From positions 186,001 to 250,000 of the IMG/VR virus record IMGVR_UViG_3300032334_001259: a stretch of DNA of 64,000 nt, one strand, 5' to 3'. Of the stretch, positions 9,706 to 20,757 are shown one piece after another. The translations under genes were made by a program, and so were the position numbers. Every line of letters starts with the position of its first letter. Position 1 is the stretch's first letter. A model generated the notes under the pieces. That model was not told where the DNA came from. It searched no databases and worked only from the letters and a program-made list of their open reading frames with translations.

Positions 9706-10544
9706 GTTCTGGTTACATATGTATTGCACAAAATAGTGGCGATGTAGATTATTTGCGTATGGCATATCTGCAAGCCTTAAGTTGTAAACTGACACAGACA
9801 ACATATAATAGTTTTAGTGTTATCGTAGATAAAGAAACTGCTGATTGTATAGAACAAAAATACATTGATGTATTTGATAATATTATTGTTATTAAAGATG
9901 ACCTTGCAAAAAATAGTAAAATTAAAATGCAGAACGAGTGTCAGGTTTTCAAGTATAGCCCTTATAAACAAACTATGAAAACCGAAGCAGACATGTTGTT
10001 TACTTCAAACTATGATGAGCTATGGTATGCTTGGAATGTTAGTAAGCAAGTTTTTTGTTCACATGTTTATACATATGACGGTCATTTAATCACAGATCGC
10101 AGTCAGCGTAAGTTGTTTGATGATAGTTTATTACCAAACGTTTATAGTGCTTGGACATATTTTTCATATGACTTGGAATGTAAACAATTTTATGATACAA
10201 TGCGTGTCATTATAGATGATTGGAATTATTACCGTGACAATTATCTTATAAACTGTCGTTATGATGAACCACGAACAGATGAAGTTTATGCACTTGCTTG
10301 TAAAATATTAGATATAAAATATAAAAGCAATGGTTTTGGGTTTGTTCATATGAAACCTAAACTTCAAAGAATTGCAACAAACTCAAGTTGGTCTGAAATG
10401 CTTTCATTTGAAGTTCATAACGATTTTGCACCAGTTATTGGTGGGTATAAGCAATCTAAACCACTGCATTATGTTGAGAAAACCTTTGTAACAGATGAAT
10501 TATTAGATAGATATGAGTATGAATTTAACAAAAGAAGAAGTTAA
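9702..10544 (+). CDS. GT-A fold glycosyltransferase-like protein
   Basis: SPYKQTMKTEADML (EAD in the DxD position), FVHMK, PLHY; paralogous to 8953..9705. Confidence 0.6.
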   Translation: MSSGYICIAQNSGDVDYLRMAYLQALSCKLTQTTYNSFSVIVDKETADCIEQKYIDVFDNIIVIKDDLAKNSKIKMQNECQVFKYSPYKQTMKTEADMLFTSNYDELWYAWNVSKQVFCSHVYTYDGHLITDRSQRKLFDDSLLPNVYSAWTYFSYDLECKQFYDTMRVIIDDWNYYRDNYLINCRYDEPRTDEVYALACKILDIKYKSNGFGFVHMKPKLQRIATNSSWSEMLSFEVHNDFAPVIGGYKQSKPLHYVEKTFVTDELLDRYEYEFNKRRS

Positions 10545-10740
10545 GGCTTGGTGGGATGAGTTTGAAAGAGAACTTGGAAAAATGGTAATGCCTTGTGTTC
10601 CTATGCCAGAACCTCCTCCGCCTCCACCTGTTTACAACCCAAGATGGCGGCATGGAAATACTTACTTTACACTTAAGAATGATATGCAATTTGCTGTTGA
10701 TAGTTCACATACAAACGCAATGGGCTGGAAATATGAGTAA
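10513..10740 (+). CDS. Small proline-rich hypothetical protein
   Basis: Fills the gap between overlapping operon genes; PMPEPPPPPP run. Confidence 0.45.
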   Translation: MSMNLTKEEVKAWWDEFERELGKMVMPCVPMPEPPPPPPVYNPRWRHGNTYFTLKNDMQFAVDSSHTNAMGWKYE

Positions 10741-11671
10741 TTTAGTTGATATAAGTGATCTTGATGTAATATTCTTAAGCTATAAAGAAACCAACGCTGA
10801 TAGCAATTGGTCTTATGTTCGTAGTTTTGTTCCGTGGGCAAAACGTGTTCATGGTATAGAAGGAAGTGATGCAGCCCACAAAGCTGCCGCATCAAAAAGT
10901 GAAACAGAGAGATTTATTCTTATTGATGGTGATAATCAACCAAACCCAGAATTTTTTAATCAACAATTAAGACTTAATGATGATAATAGTGAATGTGTAT
11001 TTCGTTGGCGTGCAAAAAATCACATTAATGGGTTATGCTATGGTAATGGTGGGTTGAGCAGTTGGACTAAAACTTTTGTTAATAATATGCGAACCCATGA
11101 AGCAAGTGACGGAAATACAGAAACAGCCGTTGAGTTCTGTTATTTTCAAAATTATTGGGCTATGCATGATGTTTGGAGTATAACATCACCAAATGGTAGT
11201 CCACAACAAGCATGGCAAGCAGGATTTCGTGAAGGTGTTAAACTTTGTCTTGACCGTGGTCGCCGTGTAAATCCAGAAGAATTTGAAAAGGCAACCTGGT
11301 TAGGCAATCGCACAAATCTTGTTATTTGGTGTAGTATCGGTGCTGATGTTGAATATGGCAAATATGCAATGTTGGGTGCTCGTCAAGGTGCTTTTAAAAC
11401 CATGTTCGATGATGATTGGGACTATACAGAAGTTCGTGATTTTGATAAGTTAGAAAATATTTGGAATGATAGTTTAGAATATAACGACAAAGAAAGTGAA
11501 ACGTTTGCAAGAATGTTGCGTAAACGTTTAAATCTTGATATAGTGACTTTTAATGCTGAACAAAGTAAATGGTTTAAAAATCATCAACGTACATATCAAA
11601 ATATTGATATTATGTTACCAGAAAGAGATGTAGGAAATGTCATCCGAAGTGCTGCTAGACAACTCTGGTGA
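10733..11671 (+). CDS. Glycosyltransferase-like protein (GT-A)
   Basis: Start moved to ATG 10733 (MSNLVD); DVIFLSY, AHKAAA, FILIDGDN (DxD), AGFREGVKL. Confidence 0.6.
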   Translation: MSNLVDISDLDVIFLSYKETNADSNWSYVRSFVPWAKRVHGIEGSDAAHKAAASKSETERFILIDGDNQPNPEFFNQQLRLNDDNSECVFRWRAKNHINGLCYGNGGLSSWTKTFVNNMRTHEASDGNTETAVEFCYFQNYWAMHDVWSITSPNGSPQQAWQAGFREGVKLCLDRGRRVNPEEFEKATWLGNRTNLVIWCSIGADVEYGKYAMLGARQGAFKTMFDDDWDYTEVRDFDKLENIWNDSLEYNDKESETFARMLRKRLNLDIVTFNAEQSKWFKNHQRTYQNIDIMLPERDVGNVIRSAARQLW

Positions 11672-13076
11672 TACTGCCACAGTTAACGAAGATAACACAT
11701 TAAAAAGTGATTTTCTAACCGCCGCTGAAAAAATGCAGCAGAAGTTAGGTAATTCACTTTGCCTTTCCAAATGGATGCAAACGAGTTTGCACCTAACAAC
11801 TGGTCATACTAATAGTTGCTACCATCCACCACTACATAGGATAAATGCAGATGATCTCACCGATAACCCCAGTGCACTCCACAACACTGAATTTAAAAAA
11901 ACGCAAAGACAGCGAATGCTACTTGGAGAACGCCCAGAAGAATGTAGTTACTGTTGGCGAGTTGAAGCCACAGGAAACTTATCAGATAGACATTACAGAT
12001 CGGGAGAACCTTGGGCTGCTAATAAGTATAATGAGATTCTTATTCAAGACCCCTTAACTTGGAATGTAAATCCAGCTTATGTAGAAGTAAATTTTAGTAA
12101 TGTTTGTAACTTACAATGTAGCTATTGTTCGCCACAATTTAGTAGTGCGTGGCAAAAGGAAATAAATGAAAACGGTGCTTATCCTACTTCTAATTCCCAC
12201 AATAGTCCTTCTTACTTTACTACTGATCGTAGAGTTATACCAAACAGGGAAAGTAATGTTTATGTTGATGCGTTCTGGCGATGGTGGCCAGAACTCTACC
12301 CAAACCTAAAACATTTTCGTATGACAGGCGGTGAACCACTGCTTGACAAAAACACTTATCGTGTATTTGATTATGTATTAGACCATCCTAAAAAAGATTT
12401 ACATCTAAACGTAACAAGTAACTTTAGCCAAGATGAATATGTATTTGAAAAATATCTCACTTATGTAAAGCATATGTGTGGTAATAAAGTGTTAGAGCAT
12501 TTCATGCAGTTTGTCTCTATTGATGGTTATGGTGAACGTGCTGAATATGGTCGTCATGGTCTTGATTTTAAACTTATGCAATCTAACGTTGAGAAGTTCT
12601 TAACAGATATACCAGGTCGTAATAGCGTAACTTTTATCATTACGATGAATGTGCTAAACATCACAAGTCTTAAAGAATTGATGCAATGGATACTTGAACT
12701 TCGTAACAAATACAATACAACGTATCAACGTGTTTGGTTTGATACTCCAATTCTTCGTGAACCTAAATGGCAATGTGTTGATATACTGCCAGAAAGTTAT
12801 GCTTGGTTCTTACAGAATATTGTTGATTGGATGAAGCCACAGACAGAAACGGTTGATACAAGATTTAATGGTTTTAAAGATTATGAAATAACTAAATTAC
12901 AACGTGTTGTAGATTGGATGCGTGAACATCACCGTGAAGATAATAAAGCTATGGCAGATTTTTATAAATTTTTTGCTGAACATGATAGCCGCCGCAAAAC
13001 TAATTTTTTACAAACCTTTCCAGAAATGGTAGAATGGTGGGATAATTGCAAATATTGGGCAGATAATGCGAAGTAA
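11637..13076 (+). CDS. Radical SAM protein 1 with N-terminal SPASM/twitch-like Cys cluster
   Basis: CNLQCSYC, TGGEP; N-terminal CLSKW...SCYHP...CSYCW. Confidence 0.9.
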   Translation: MSSEVLLDNSGDTATVNEDNTLKSDFLTAAEKMQQKLGNSLCLSKWMQTSLHLTTGHTNSCYHPPLHRINADDLTDNPSALHNTEFKKTQRQRMLLGERPEECSYCWRVEATGNLSDRHYRSGEPWAANKYNEILIQDPLTWNVNPAYVEVNFSNVCNLQCSYCSPQFSSAWQKEINENGAYPTSNSHNSPSYFTTDRRVIPNRESNVYVDAFWRWWPELYPNLKHFRMTGGEPLLDKNTYRVFDYVLDHPKKDLHLNVTSNFSQDEYVFEKYLTYVKHMCGNKVLEHFMQFVSIDGYGERAEYGRHGLDFKLMQSNVEKFLTDIPGRNSVTFIITMNVLNITSLKELMQWILELRNKYNTTYQRVWFDTPILREPKWQCVDILPESYAWFLQNIVDWMKPQTETVDTRFNGFKDYEITKLQRVVDWMREHHREDNKAMADFYKFFAEHDSRRKTNFLQTFPEMVEWWDNCKYWADNAK

Positions 13077-14424
13077 AAAACCAGAAGAATCTTTTTTAGA
13101 ATATAAACAACGTGTGTTAGATACAAAAAGTAAATCTTTTTGTGGTGCTAAATGGTATAATGCAACTATATGGCTTGGTAGTGGACAAACGACAAGTTGT
13201 CACCACCCACTTCCGCATACTATACCTGTAAATGAATTAGAAAAAAATCCAAGTGTATTGCATAACACATATCAAAAGAAGACTGAACGTGCAATGATGC
13301 AACAGGGGGAACGTCCAAAAGGATGTGAATATTGTTGGCGTATTGAGGATAACAGTGATATAGCTATCAGTGACCGTCCTTACAAAAGTATGATATATAG
13401 TGAAGAAGAATTGAACGAGGCATTTCGTCTACCATTTGATACTGACGTAAATCTTCGCACTTTGGAGATAGCCTTTGATAGAACTTGTAACTTTGCTTGT
13501 AGCTATTGTAATCCCGCTTTTAGTACTACTTGGGTTAAAGACATTAAAGTTAATGGACCATACGTTGACCTTGTTAGCGATGGTCGCAATCATTTTACCC
13601 ATATACATGATTCTTCTCAGCTATATAGTTTCTCTGATACGAATCCATATGTAGAAGCATTCTTTAAATGGTGGGAAACTGACCTATATAAGACACTACG
13701 TGAATTACGTATAACTGGTGGTGAACCACTTATGAGTGGACATACATGGAAGTTGCTTGATTGGTTTAAAAACAATCGTGGTAAAAGCCGAACGAAACTT
13801 GCAATTAACAGCAATCTTGGTATTGAACGAGAAAAACTTGTAGAGTTTGTAGATAATATTCGTGAATTGCCACACGTTGAAGTTTATACAAGTTGTGAAG
13901 CATTTAAAGAGCAAGCTGAATATATTCGTGATGGTTTAAATTATTATCAATGGTTTGATAATTTAGTTTACCTACAAAATAGTGGTGCTGTTAAACAATT
14001 ACACGTAATGGCAACTATTAATGGATTATGTTTGCCATCATTACCAAATTTTCTTGAACACATGATGGATTTTAAAATGGGTTATGGTCGTGATAGTTTA
14101 ACTGTTACACTTAACATTTTGCGTTTCCCAAGTTTTCAAAGTCCAATTGTAATGCCATATGGTATCAAAGAAGAATGCGCTGTTGCTCTTGAAAAGTTTT
14201 TAGAACGACATGAACATGGAAAATATTTGCATCAAATGGAAATTGAACATGTTAAACGTTTAATTCAATATTTACGTACAACAACAACTCCACATGAAGG
14301 TGCAAGTCACATTGATATTTTAGAAAAAGATTTTAAAAACTTCTATGAACAATACGACAAACGCCGTGGTAAAGATTTTATTGAAACTTTTCCTGATTTA
14401 GAAGATTGGTATAATGGCATATAA
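13066..14424 (+). CDS. Radical SAM protein 2
   Basis: CNFACSYC, TGGEP; N-terminal CGAKW...SCHHP...CEYCW. Confidence 0.9.
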   Translation: MRSKKPEESFLEYKQRVLDTKSKSFCGAKWYNATIWLGSGQTTSCHHPLPHTIPVNELEKNPSVLHNTYQKKTERAMMQQGERPKGCEYCWRIEDNSDIAISDRPYKSMIYSEEELNEAFRLPFDTDVNLRTLEIAFDRTCNFACSYCNPAFSTTWVKDIKVNGPYVDLVSDGRNHFTHIHDSSQLYSFSDTNPYVEAFFKWWETDLYKTLRELRITGGEPLMSGHTWKLLDWFKNNRGKSRTKLAINSNLGIEREKLVEFVDNIRELPHVEVYTSCEAFKEQAEYIRDGLNYYQWFDNLVYLQNSGAVKQLHVMATINGLCLPSLPNFLEHMMDFKMGYGRDSLTVTLNILRFPSFQSPIVMPYGIKEECAVALEKFLERHEHGKYLHQMEIEHVKRLIQYLRTTTTPHEGASHIDILEKDFKNFYEQYDKRRGKDFIETFPDLEDWYNGI

Positions 14425-15685
14425 CTATAACGGCAAAGAACCAATTAAAATTGCTGTTGACGATTTAACAGATTCTCAAAAACATTTAATCTTTGAGAAC
14501 AAATCATTTTGTATGTATCCTTGGATTCATCTTCATGCATTTCCAACAGGAGAAGCATATCCGTGTTGTAATACCGAGATGCCTGAACTTGTAGGTAACA
14601 CTCGCCATAATACAATAGAAGAAATTTGGCATGGATCGGCAATGCAAGATGTTCGTAATAAGATGCTTGCTGGTGAACCAGTAAAAGGTTGCAGTCGTTG
14701 TTATGAGCAAGAAGACAATGGTTTTTTCAGTATGCGCATGAGTGCTAATAAACACTTTGGACATCATATTGCACTGACAGACAATCCCACACCGCCAATG
14801 AAAATGATTTATTGGGATATACGTTTTAGTAATTTATGCAATCTTCGTTGTCGCAGTTGTGGTCATATCTTTAGTTCAAATTGGTATGATGATCAAGTTA
14901 AACTTGCAGGTGAAGAGTGGGGAAAAAATAACAAACGTATCAATTTTGCTGGTCGCAATGAAGATGATATTTGGAATCAGCTTGAACCGCAGATTGATAA
15001 TCTTGAACAAGTATATTTTGCTGGCGGTGAACCACTTATCATGGAAGAACATTACCGTTTGCTTAAAGAACTTATTAAGCGTGGTCGTCACGATGTTCGT
15101 CTCATTTACAATACAAACTTTACACAAACAGTTTATAAGAAAACAAATGTGTTTGAACTTTGGCGTGAGTTTAAAAGTGTAAGTGTTGGAGCAAGTTTAG
15201 ACGCAATGGGTAAACACGCCGAGTATATTCGCAAGAATACGGTATGGGCAGATGTTGAACGCAATCGTGAAGAAATGTTAAAGATATGTCCACGTGTAGA
15301 TTTTTATATAAGTCCAACATTAAGTGTTATGAATGCATTACACTTACCTACTTTTCATCGTGATTGGGTAGAACGTGGATTTTTAAAACCGCAAGATTTA
15401 AATATTAATATATTGCAAGATCCACCTCATTATCGTATTGATATACTGCCATTTCAATATAAAGTTGATGTGCAAGAACTTTATTTGGAGCATATTGATT
15501 GGCTTAAACCCCAAGATTACCTGAAACGAGCAACTGCTGGATTTGAAAGTGCAATTAACTTTATGATGGCAGATGATAAGAGTAATTTGCTAGAAAAGTT
15601 TATTACTAAGACAGTTCAACTAGATAAGATACGAAATGAAAATATTTTGGAATCCATTCCAGAAATGAGATTTATTCATGAATAA
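14414..15685 (+). CDS. Radical SAM protein 3
   Basis: CNLRCRSC, AGGEP; N-terminal FCMYPW...PCC...CSRC. Confidence 0.9.
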   Translation: MAYNYNGKEPIKIAVDDLTDSQKHLIFENKSFCMYPWIHLHAFPTGEAYPCCNTEMPELVGNTRHNTIEEIWHGSAMQDVRNKMLAGEPVKGCSRCYEQEDNGFFSMRMSANKHFGHHIALTDNPTPPMKMIYWDIRFSNLCNLRCRSCGHIFSSNWYDDQVKLAGEEWGKNNKRINFAGRNEDDIWNQLEPQIDNLEQVYFAGGEPLIMEEHYRLLKELIKRGRHDVRLIYNTNFTQTVYKKTNVFELWREFKSVSVGASLDAMGKHAEYIRKNTVWADVERNREEMLKICPRVDFYISPTLSVMNALHLPTFHRDWVERGFLKPQDLNINILQDPPHYRIDILPFQYKVDVQELYLEHIDWLKPQDYLKRATAGFESAINFMMADDKSNLLEKFITKTVQLDKIRNENILESIPEMRFIHE

Positions 15686-16841
15686 TTTTTGTGTATTACC
15701 ATTTACTAGTATTGAAGCAGATCCAATGGGTAAATGTAAGGTATGTTGTTTATCAAAAACTACTATACCAAATATTGACCTTAAAACTAATACATTAACA
15801 GAAGCATTTAACAGTGATTACATGCGTAATTTAAGACAACAATTTTTACAAGATGAAAAACCAAGTGAATGTGAACGTTGTTGGACAGAAGAAGCAAGTG
15901 GACGCACTAGTAAACGTATGCACAGCACTATGCGACTTCAAAAAATTTTGCAAAATAAATCTTTTACTAAAGATACTGATGGTGAACTTATTTTTCTTGA
16001 TCTTAAACTTGGAAATATTTGTAATTTGAAGTGTAGAATATGTGGTAGCTTTAGTAGCAGTAAATGGGCACAGGAAGAAATTGATATATTTAAAAATAAC
16101 AATACAGCACGTGAAAATCTTGAAAATGGACGTTGGCCACGTGAAGCAAACAATTTTTGGAAAGATTTAGCAGATTTATTATCAAATACAAAATATTTTG
16201 AATTTACGGGTGGCGAACCATTTCTTATTGACGAACACTTTACATTATTAGAAATTGCAGTCAAGATGGGTTATGCAAAAGATATTGAATTGCATTACAA
16301 TACTAATACTACTACTTTTCCTAAACGTGGTTTAGAATTGTGGCCAAATTTTAAATTGGTTGAAATTGCCCTATCAATTGATGATATGGGTAAGCGGTTT
16401 GAATATCAAAGATTTGGAACAAAATGGGAAACTACTCTTGAAAATTTAGAACGTTTTAGACAATTAAGACAAAACAATAAAAATATAAAGCTACAACTGT
16501 GTTTAACTGTTAATGTACTAAATGTTTACTATCTTGATGAAATTTGTAAATGGATACCAAAACAAAAATTTAATTATGTTTATTTTAACGTATTGCATGA
16601 TGCCTGGTATTTTAGTATCAAACATTTTACTCAACGTGCTAAGGATTTAGTTAATGAAAAATATAAAAATTATACTGGTTTTTACGCTGATGAAATAAAA
16701 AATTTAATAACATTTATGAATCAGGGTGTTAGTAGTGATGGAACTGATTTGGTAAGAATACTTAAGCAAAGTGACATACAGCGTAATCAAAAGTTTAGCA
16801 ATTATCATAGTGAGATAGCGGCGGCAATTGGTTATGAATGA
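15678..16841 (+). CDS. Radical SAM protein 4
   Basis: CNLKCRIC, TGGEP; N-terminal FCVLPF...VCC...CERC. Confidence 0.9.
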   Translation: MNNFCVLPFTSIEADPMGKCKVCCLSKTTIPNIDLKTNTLTEAFNSDYMRNLRQQFLQDEKPSECERCWTEEASGRTSKRMHSTMRLQKILQNKSFTKDTDGELIFLDLKLGNICNLKCRICGSFSSSKWAQEEIDIFKNNNTARENLENGRWPREANNFWKDLADLLSNTKYFEFTGGEPFLIDEHFTLLEIAVKMGYAKDIELHYNTNTTTFPKRGLELWPNFKLVEIALSIDDMGKRFEYQRFGTKWETTLENLERFRQLRQNNKNIKLQLCLTVNVLNVYYLDEICKWIPKQKFNYVYFNVLHDAWYFSIKHFTQRAKDLVNEKYKNYTGFYADEIKNLITFMNQGVSSDGTDLVRILKQSDIQRNQKFSNYHSEIAAAIGYE

Positions 16842-18126
16842 TTTTTGTTTGGCACCTTGGACCCACACATATATATCACCACAAGGTGAGCGTAGGTTAT
16901 GCTGTGCATCACGAGAACCCGCACAAAATTTTAAACAGTATATTGACACTGAACACGGAAATGGTGAATTTCAAGCCTTAGCACTAGAGGAATGGTGGAA
17001 TGGTGAACATATTAGAAGAATAAGAAAAGAGTGGTTATCTGGAACAATCCCAAAAGAATGTGAAGTATGCGATAAAAAGTTACTTAATACTTCTGTTTAT
17101 CGTGATTACTTTGCTCATCTCTTCGGTCATTTACGGAAGGATATTATTTCTTCTACTGACCATGAAGGTTATACAACCATAGAACCAATATCCTGGGATT
17201 ATCGTTATAGTAATGTATGCAACTTTAAGTGCCGTATGTGTGGTGACATGTTAAGTAGTGCATGGGAAGTTGAAGTGCGTAAAAATGATATGGTTGACAT
17301 AAAAAATCCAAAGAACTATTGGATGCAACCAAAGAATCGCCATGCTATTCGTGATTTTACTCGTGATGTAGTAATACCAGAATTTCGTGAAGCTATAGAA
17401 AACAAAACTGTGCGTGAAATCTATTGGGTAGGCGGTGAACCACTATTGTATGACGAACACTGGACTTTCATGCGCCGCATCGTTGAATTAGGTTATGCAG
17501 ATCAGGTCCGTGTGCGGTATAATACGAATTTAAGTTATACTAAAGATAAAGATGGAACTCTTTGGGATTTATTACACCACTTTCCACATTGGGAAATATG
17601 TGCAAGTTTAGATGGAACAGGAGATATTGGTGAGTATATTAGAAGTGGTCTTAATTATAATGATTGGTTGGATAATTTTAAACAAGGAATCCAACATCAG
17701 CGACATGTTCGCCAAATGCGTATTGATTTTACTCTTACTTTGCCTGGTTTATATGATCTGGCCAATATTATTAATCTTGTTGATTCTCTTAATGTTTCCC
17801 TATTAAGTAAAGTAGTATTTGCTTTTAGCCCTGATATATTATTAAGTCCATTAGCTTTACCTCGTAATATATTAATACCACTTATAGAAAATATACAAGA
17901 AAATATAAAATCAAAAATAACTTACAGAACTCAAAGTTTGTGGGATGTATTGGAACATCTTAAAACTCGTCAAACTTTTGAAGAAGAATTTCCTGACAAT
18001 TATAAACAAGAGGCAAAACGAGGTAAGGCGCATCTTTTAAAATTGGAATCTATTCGTAAAGATGCTAAAATAAAATTAGAAGATATCTTAACTGGTGATA
18101 CCTTAGATTGGTGGAATAGTATATGA
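16834..18126 (+). CDS. Radical SAM protein 5
   Basis: CNFKCRMC, VGGEP; N-terminal FCLAPW...LCC...CEVC; start moved to ATG 16834. Confidence 0.9.
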   Translation: MNDFCLAPWTHTYISPQGERRLCCASREPAQNFKQYIDTEHGNGEFQALALEEWWNGEHIRRIRKEWLSGTIPKECEVCDKKLLNTSVYRDYFAHLFGHLRKDIISSTDHEGYTTIEPISWDYRYSNVCNFKCRMCGDMLSSAWEVEVRKNDMVDIKNPKNYWMQPKNRHAIRDFTRDVVIPEFREAIENKTVREIYWVGGEPLLYDEHWTFMRRIVELGYADQVRVRYNTNLSYTKDKDGTLWDLLHHFPHWEICASLDGTGDIGEYIRSGLNYNDWLDNFKQGIQHQRHVRQMRIDFTLTLPGLYDLANIINLVDSLNVSLLSKVVFAFSPDILLSPLALPRNILIPLIENIQENIKSKITYRTQSLWDVLEHLKTRQTFEEEFPDNYKQEAKRGKAHLLKLESIRKDAKIKLEDILTGDTLDWWNSI

Positions 18127-19229
18127 ATGTTGTAATGACCCTTCGCAATCCGTTAGACAAAACAGATTTTTTAAATGTTTTTATTGAACCTAATGATACC
18201 CAACTTGCAAAAGATTGGCAAGCAGCATTGCAGTTTGAGATACAGCGCAACTCTATTTTGGAAAAAAATTATTGTTGGCATGGTTGGCCAAATGGTGCAA
18301 GAAACCTACAATATCTTACTAGCGAATTAAGTCGTCATGCACTTAACATATGGAAGTTTAACGAACTAGGAATCTGGCAAGGTTTAGGACTACCTAATAT
18401 TAAAATTGAAACTGTTTATACGCCTGAAACAGTTATGCTTCCGCTCACAGATGAACCTGATAGTGGTGGACCAAACCACGATGTTATGAATATAGTGCAT
18501 AATCATTTTGAACATCTGCAAGGAACTGTAGAAAATCTTAGTCCATACTACAAGATTGCACCACCAAATATAAAGTATAGCATAAGACAATTAAACAATC
18601 TTTGCCATGAGATTGAAACATTATGTTTAAGTTTGCGTAAGCAAAAACACAAACCAGATTGGATTCGTCCTAGCCAGATTACAACCTTTTTAAATGCTAA
18701 AAGATATAATTTAACAGATGAACATCGTAATGGTTTTTTAACAAATGGACATGACCGAAAGTTTGCACATGTTTATATGCATTGGACACAGATTGGCAAA
18801 ACATTACTTGAAGTATTTCGTGATGAAGATGCACCACACCTTAATCAAGTAACGTGTGATGCTATAACACATTTACAATATTACAGTGGCGAGTTTGATA
18901 TTGAATGGGGGCGTGATGTTTGTTATGGAAAACATGATTGGCATACACAAGAGATTGATAAGTTCAATGACTGGTTAAAGCGTGAAGGATATGACCCAAA
19001 CAATAAATCTTTAAGTCTTGGTTATCTTGAAATTGGTAAGATTGATCTTGAAATGAGTTTTGGAACCACTGACATTTCTACAATATGGGATGTTATGGGC
19101 GACTATCTTGACATATACAGCCTTGAAGTAGATGGAGACCATGCTATCTATGATTATAGTTGGGCTGACGAAAACCATGAACAACGCCAAATTGATTATT
19201 TGATGCCTGGTTATCGCAGTCATGTTTGA
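18123..19229 (+). CDS. Hypothetical protein, His-rich motifs
   Basis: Overlaps both neighbours; HNHFEHL, NLCHEIE, YMHW. Confidence 0.6.
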   Translation: MNVVMTLRNPLDKTDFLNVFIEPNDTQLAKDWQAALQFEIQRNSILEKNYCWHGWPNGARNLQYLTSELSRHALNIWKFNELGIWQGLGLPNIKIETVYTPETVMLPLTDEPDSGGPNHDVMNIVHNHFEHLQGTVENLSPYYKIAPPNIKYSIRQLNNLCHEIETLCLSLRKQKHKPDWIRPSQITTFLNAKRYNLTDEHRNGFLTNGHDRKFAHVYMHWTQIGKTLLEVFRDEDAPHLNQVTCDAITHLQYYSGEFDIEWGRDVCYGKHDWHTQEIDKFNDWLKREGYDPNNKSLSLGYLEIGKIDLEMSFGTTDISTIWDVMGDYLDIYSLEVDGDHAIYDYSWADENHEQRQIDYLMPGYRSHV

Positions 19230-20757
19230 TATAGTTTGGTATGATTACAGCGATGGTGATATTCAACATTTAATTGCGAAAGCTAAACAAAGTAGCAAAA
19301 CAGAATATGTTTGGCTTGCACATCGTCAACTAGATTATGTAAACTTTAATTTTCGTTGGATGCCTAACCGTCATCAACTACAATACAAACACGCTTGGCC
19401 AAGTCATAACAATGCAGAACATTATACTACATGGCTTATACCTGTTTATAATGATAGCGGAATAGTGCATCATGATCAACTCGTACCAACGATTGATACA
19501 AAATATTATGATACATGTTTGTTGAATACAAATAGTTTTGATAATGCACATACGGTAGATTTTCAAGTTCGTTTAATAACTACCATGCAAACTGCAATTG
19601 ATACCGCAGTTAAAAAATCAACCAAACCTTGGTTGTGGATTATTGCGGATTGTTGTGAGTATGATGGGTTTGATTTTAATTGGTTACCAAATAATCATGA
19701 GATGAATTATATTCACTGCTGGCCAAGTGGAACATGTGAAAAGGGTGATACATTTTTAATTAATGTTGATGCTTATAAACGAGGTGAACGCAATTATAAT
19801 TTTAATCATGAACCTATCAAACGTAAACGTTGGCCAAGTACAAAGGTTACGCATGATAGTTTGGTACAGGAACTTAATGCAACTCCTAGACTAAATGCAA
19901 TTTACACCGTATATTCTTATGTTGGATTTATAGATTATCCAGATGTTTGTCTGTGGGAAAAACGACCTGTGGTTAGTTTAAATCGTAGCAATAGCAGTTG
20001 TCTTGTTCCACGTGATTGTGTTGTAAAAAAAGAAATATACGAATATCCATATCTTATACGTGAAACAAGTTATGGATTTGATCTTGCAATCGATGTTATT
20101 TTTATTGAGAATGGTGAAAGTTGTGCAAAAGAAAATTATGAAAGATTGAAAAAGTTAGAACCATTGACAAAATACTGTGCTGGTGTAAATGGCAGATTAG
20201 CTGCATATAAAAATGCTGCAAACCAAAGTAACAGTGATTGGTTCATTGCTGTGTTTGCAAAGTGTCATGTGAAAGACAATTTTGACGATTTTGATTGGCA
20301 ACCAGATTTTTGGCAAGAACCTAAACATTATATTTTTTATAATCACAATCGTAATAATAATTTGACATATGGACACATGGCACCTATTGCCTACAATACA
20401 AAACTAATTTTACAAAATACGGGTGGTCTTGATATGACATTGGCGCAAATGCACACCACCGTGCCAATTTGTATAAGTGAAACCTATATTGAAGATGATC
20501 CATGGTTGACATGGCGAACTGCGTTTCGTGAGGTAATTAAACTACTTCATTATAGTAAGAATAATCCAAGCGTTGAAAATGAATATCGACTATGGTCATG
20601 GAAAAATATAACAAATGGAAATGATGCTATTTGGCAACAGCGTGGTGTTAAAGATGCAGAAGATTATTATAAAATGTGTGGCGACAATGAAGATGCACTA
20701 ATGTTGACAAGTGAATGGGATTGGTTGCAGGCACATTATTCATCTTTACAAAGATGA
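19222..20757 (+). CDS. Multi-repeat glycosyltransferase-like protein
   Basis: Three degenerate GT-A-like segments; C-terminal domain (DVIFI...WRTAFREVIKL) parallels 10733..11671. Confidence 0.55.
   Translation: MFDIVWYDYSDGDIQHLIAKAKQSSKTEYVWLAHRQLDYVNFNFRWMPNRHQLQYKHAWPSHNNAEHYTTWLIPVYNDSGIVHHDQLVPTIDTKYYDTCLLNTNSFDNAHTVDFQVRLITTMQTAIDTAVKKSTKPWLWIIADCCEYDGFDFNWLPNNHEMNYIHCWPSGTCEKGDTFLINVDAYKRGERNYNFNHEPIKRKRWPSTKVTHDSLVQELNATPRLNAIYTVYSYVGFIDYPDVCLWEKRPVVSLNRSNSSCLVPRDCVVKKEIYEYPYLIRETSYGFDLAIDVIFIENGESCAKENYERLKKLEPLTKYCAGVNGRLAAYKNAANQSNSDWFIAVFAKCHVKDNFDDFDWQPDFWQEPKHYIFYNHNRNNNLTYGHMAPIAYNTKLILQNTGGLDMTLAQMHTTVPICISETYIEDDPWLTWRTAFREVIKLLHYSKNNPSVENEYRLWSWKNITNGNDAIWQQRGVKDAEDYYKMCGDNEDALMLTSEWDWLQAHYSSLQR

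Noticed and set aside
10595-10732. N-terminal extension of the GT-like ORF in the track
   Set aside because: Overlaps 10513..10740; ATG 10733 gives normal coupling and the domain starts there
10513-10740. Pro-rich small ORF as a RiPP precursor for the radical-SAM enzymes
   Set aside because: No leader/core pattern, recognition element, peptidase or exporter; GT context fits better. Not fully excluded
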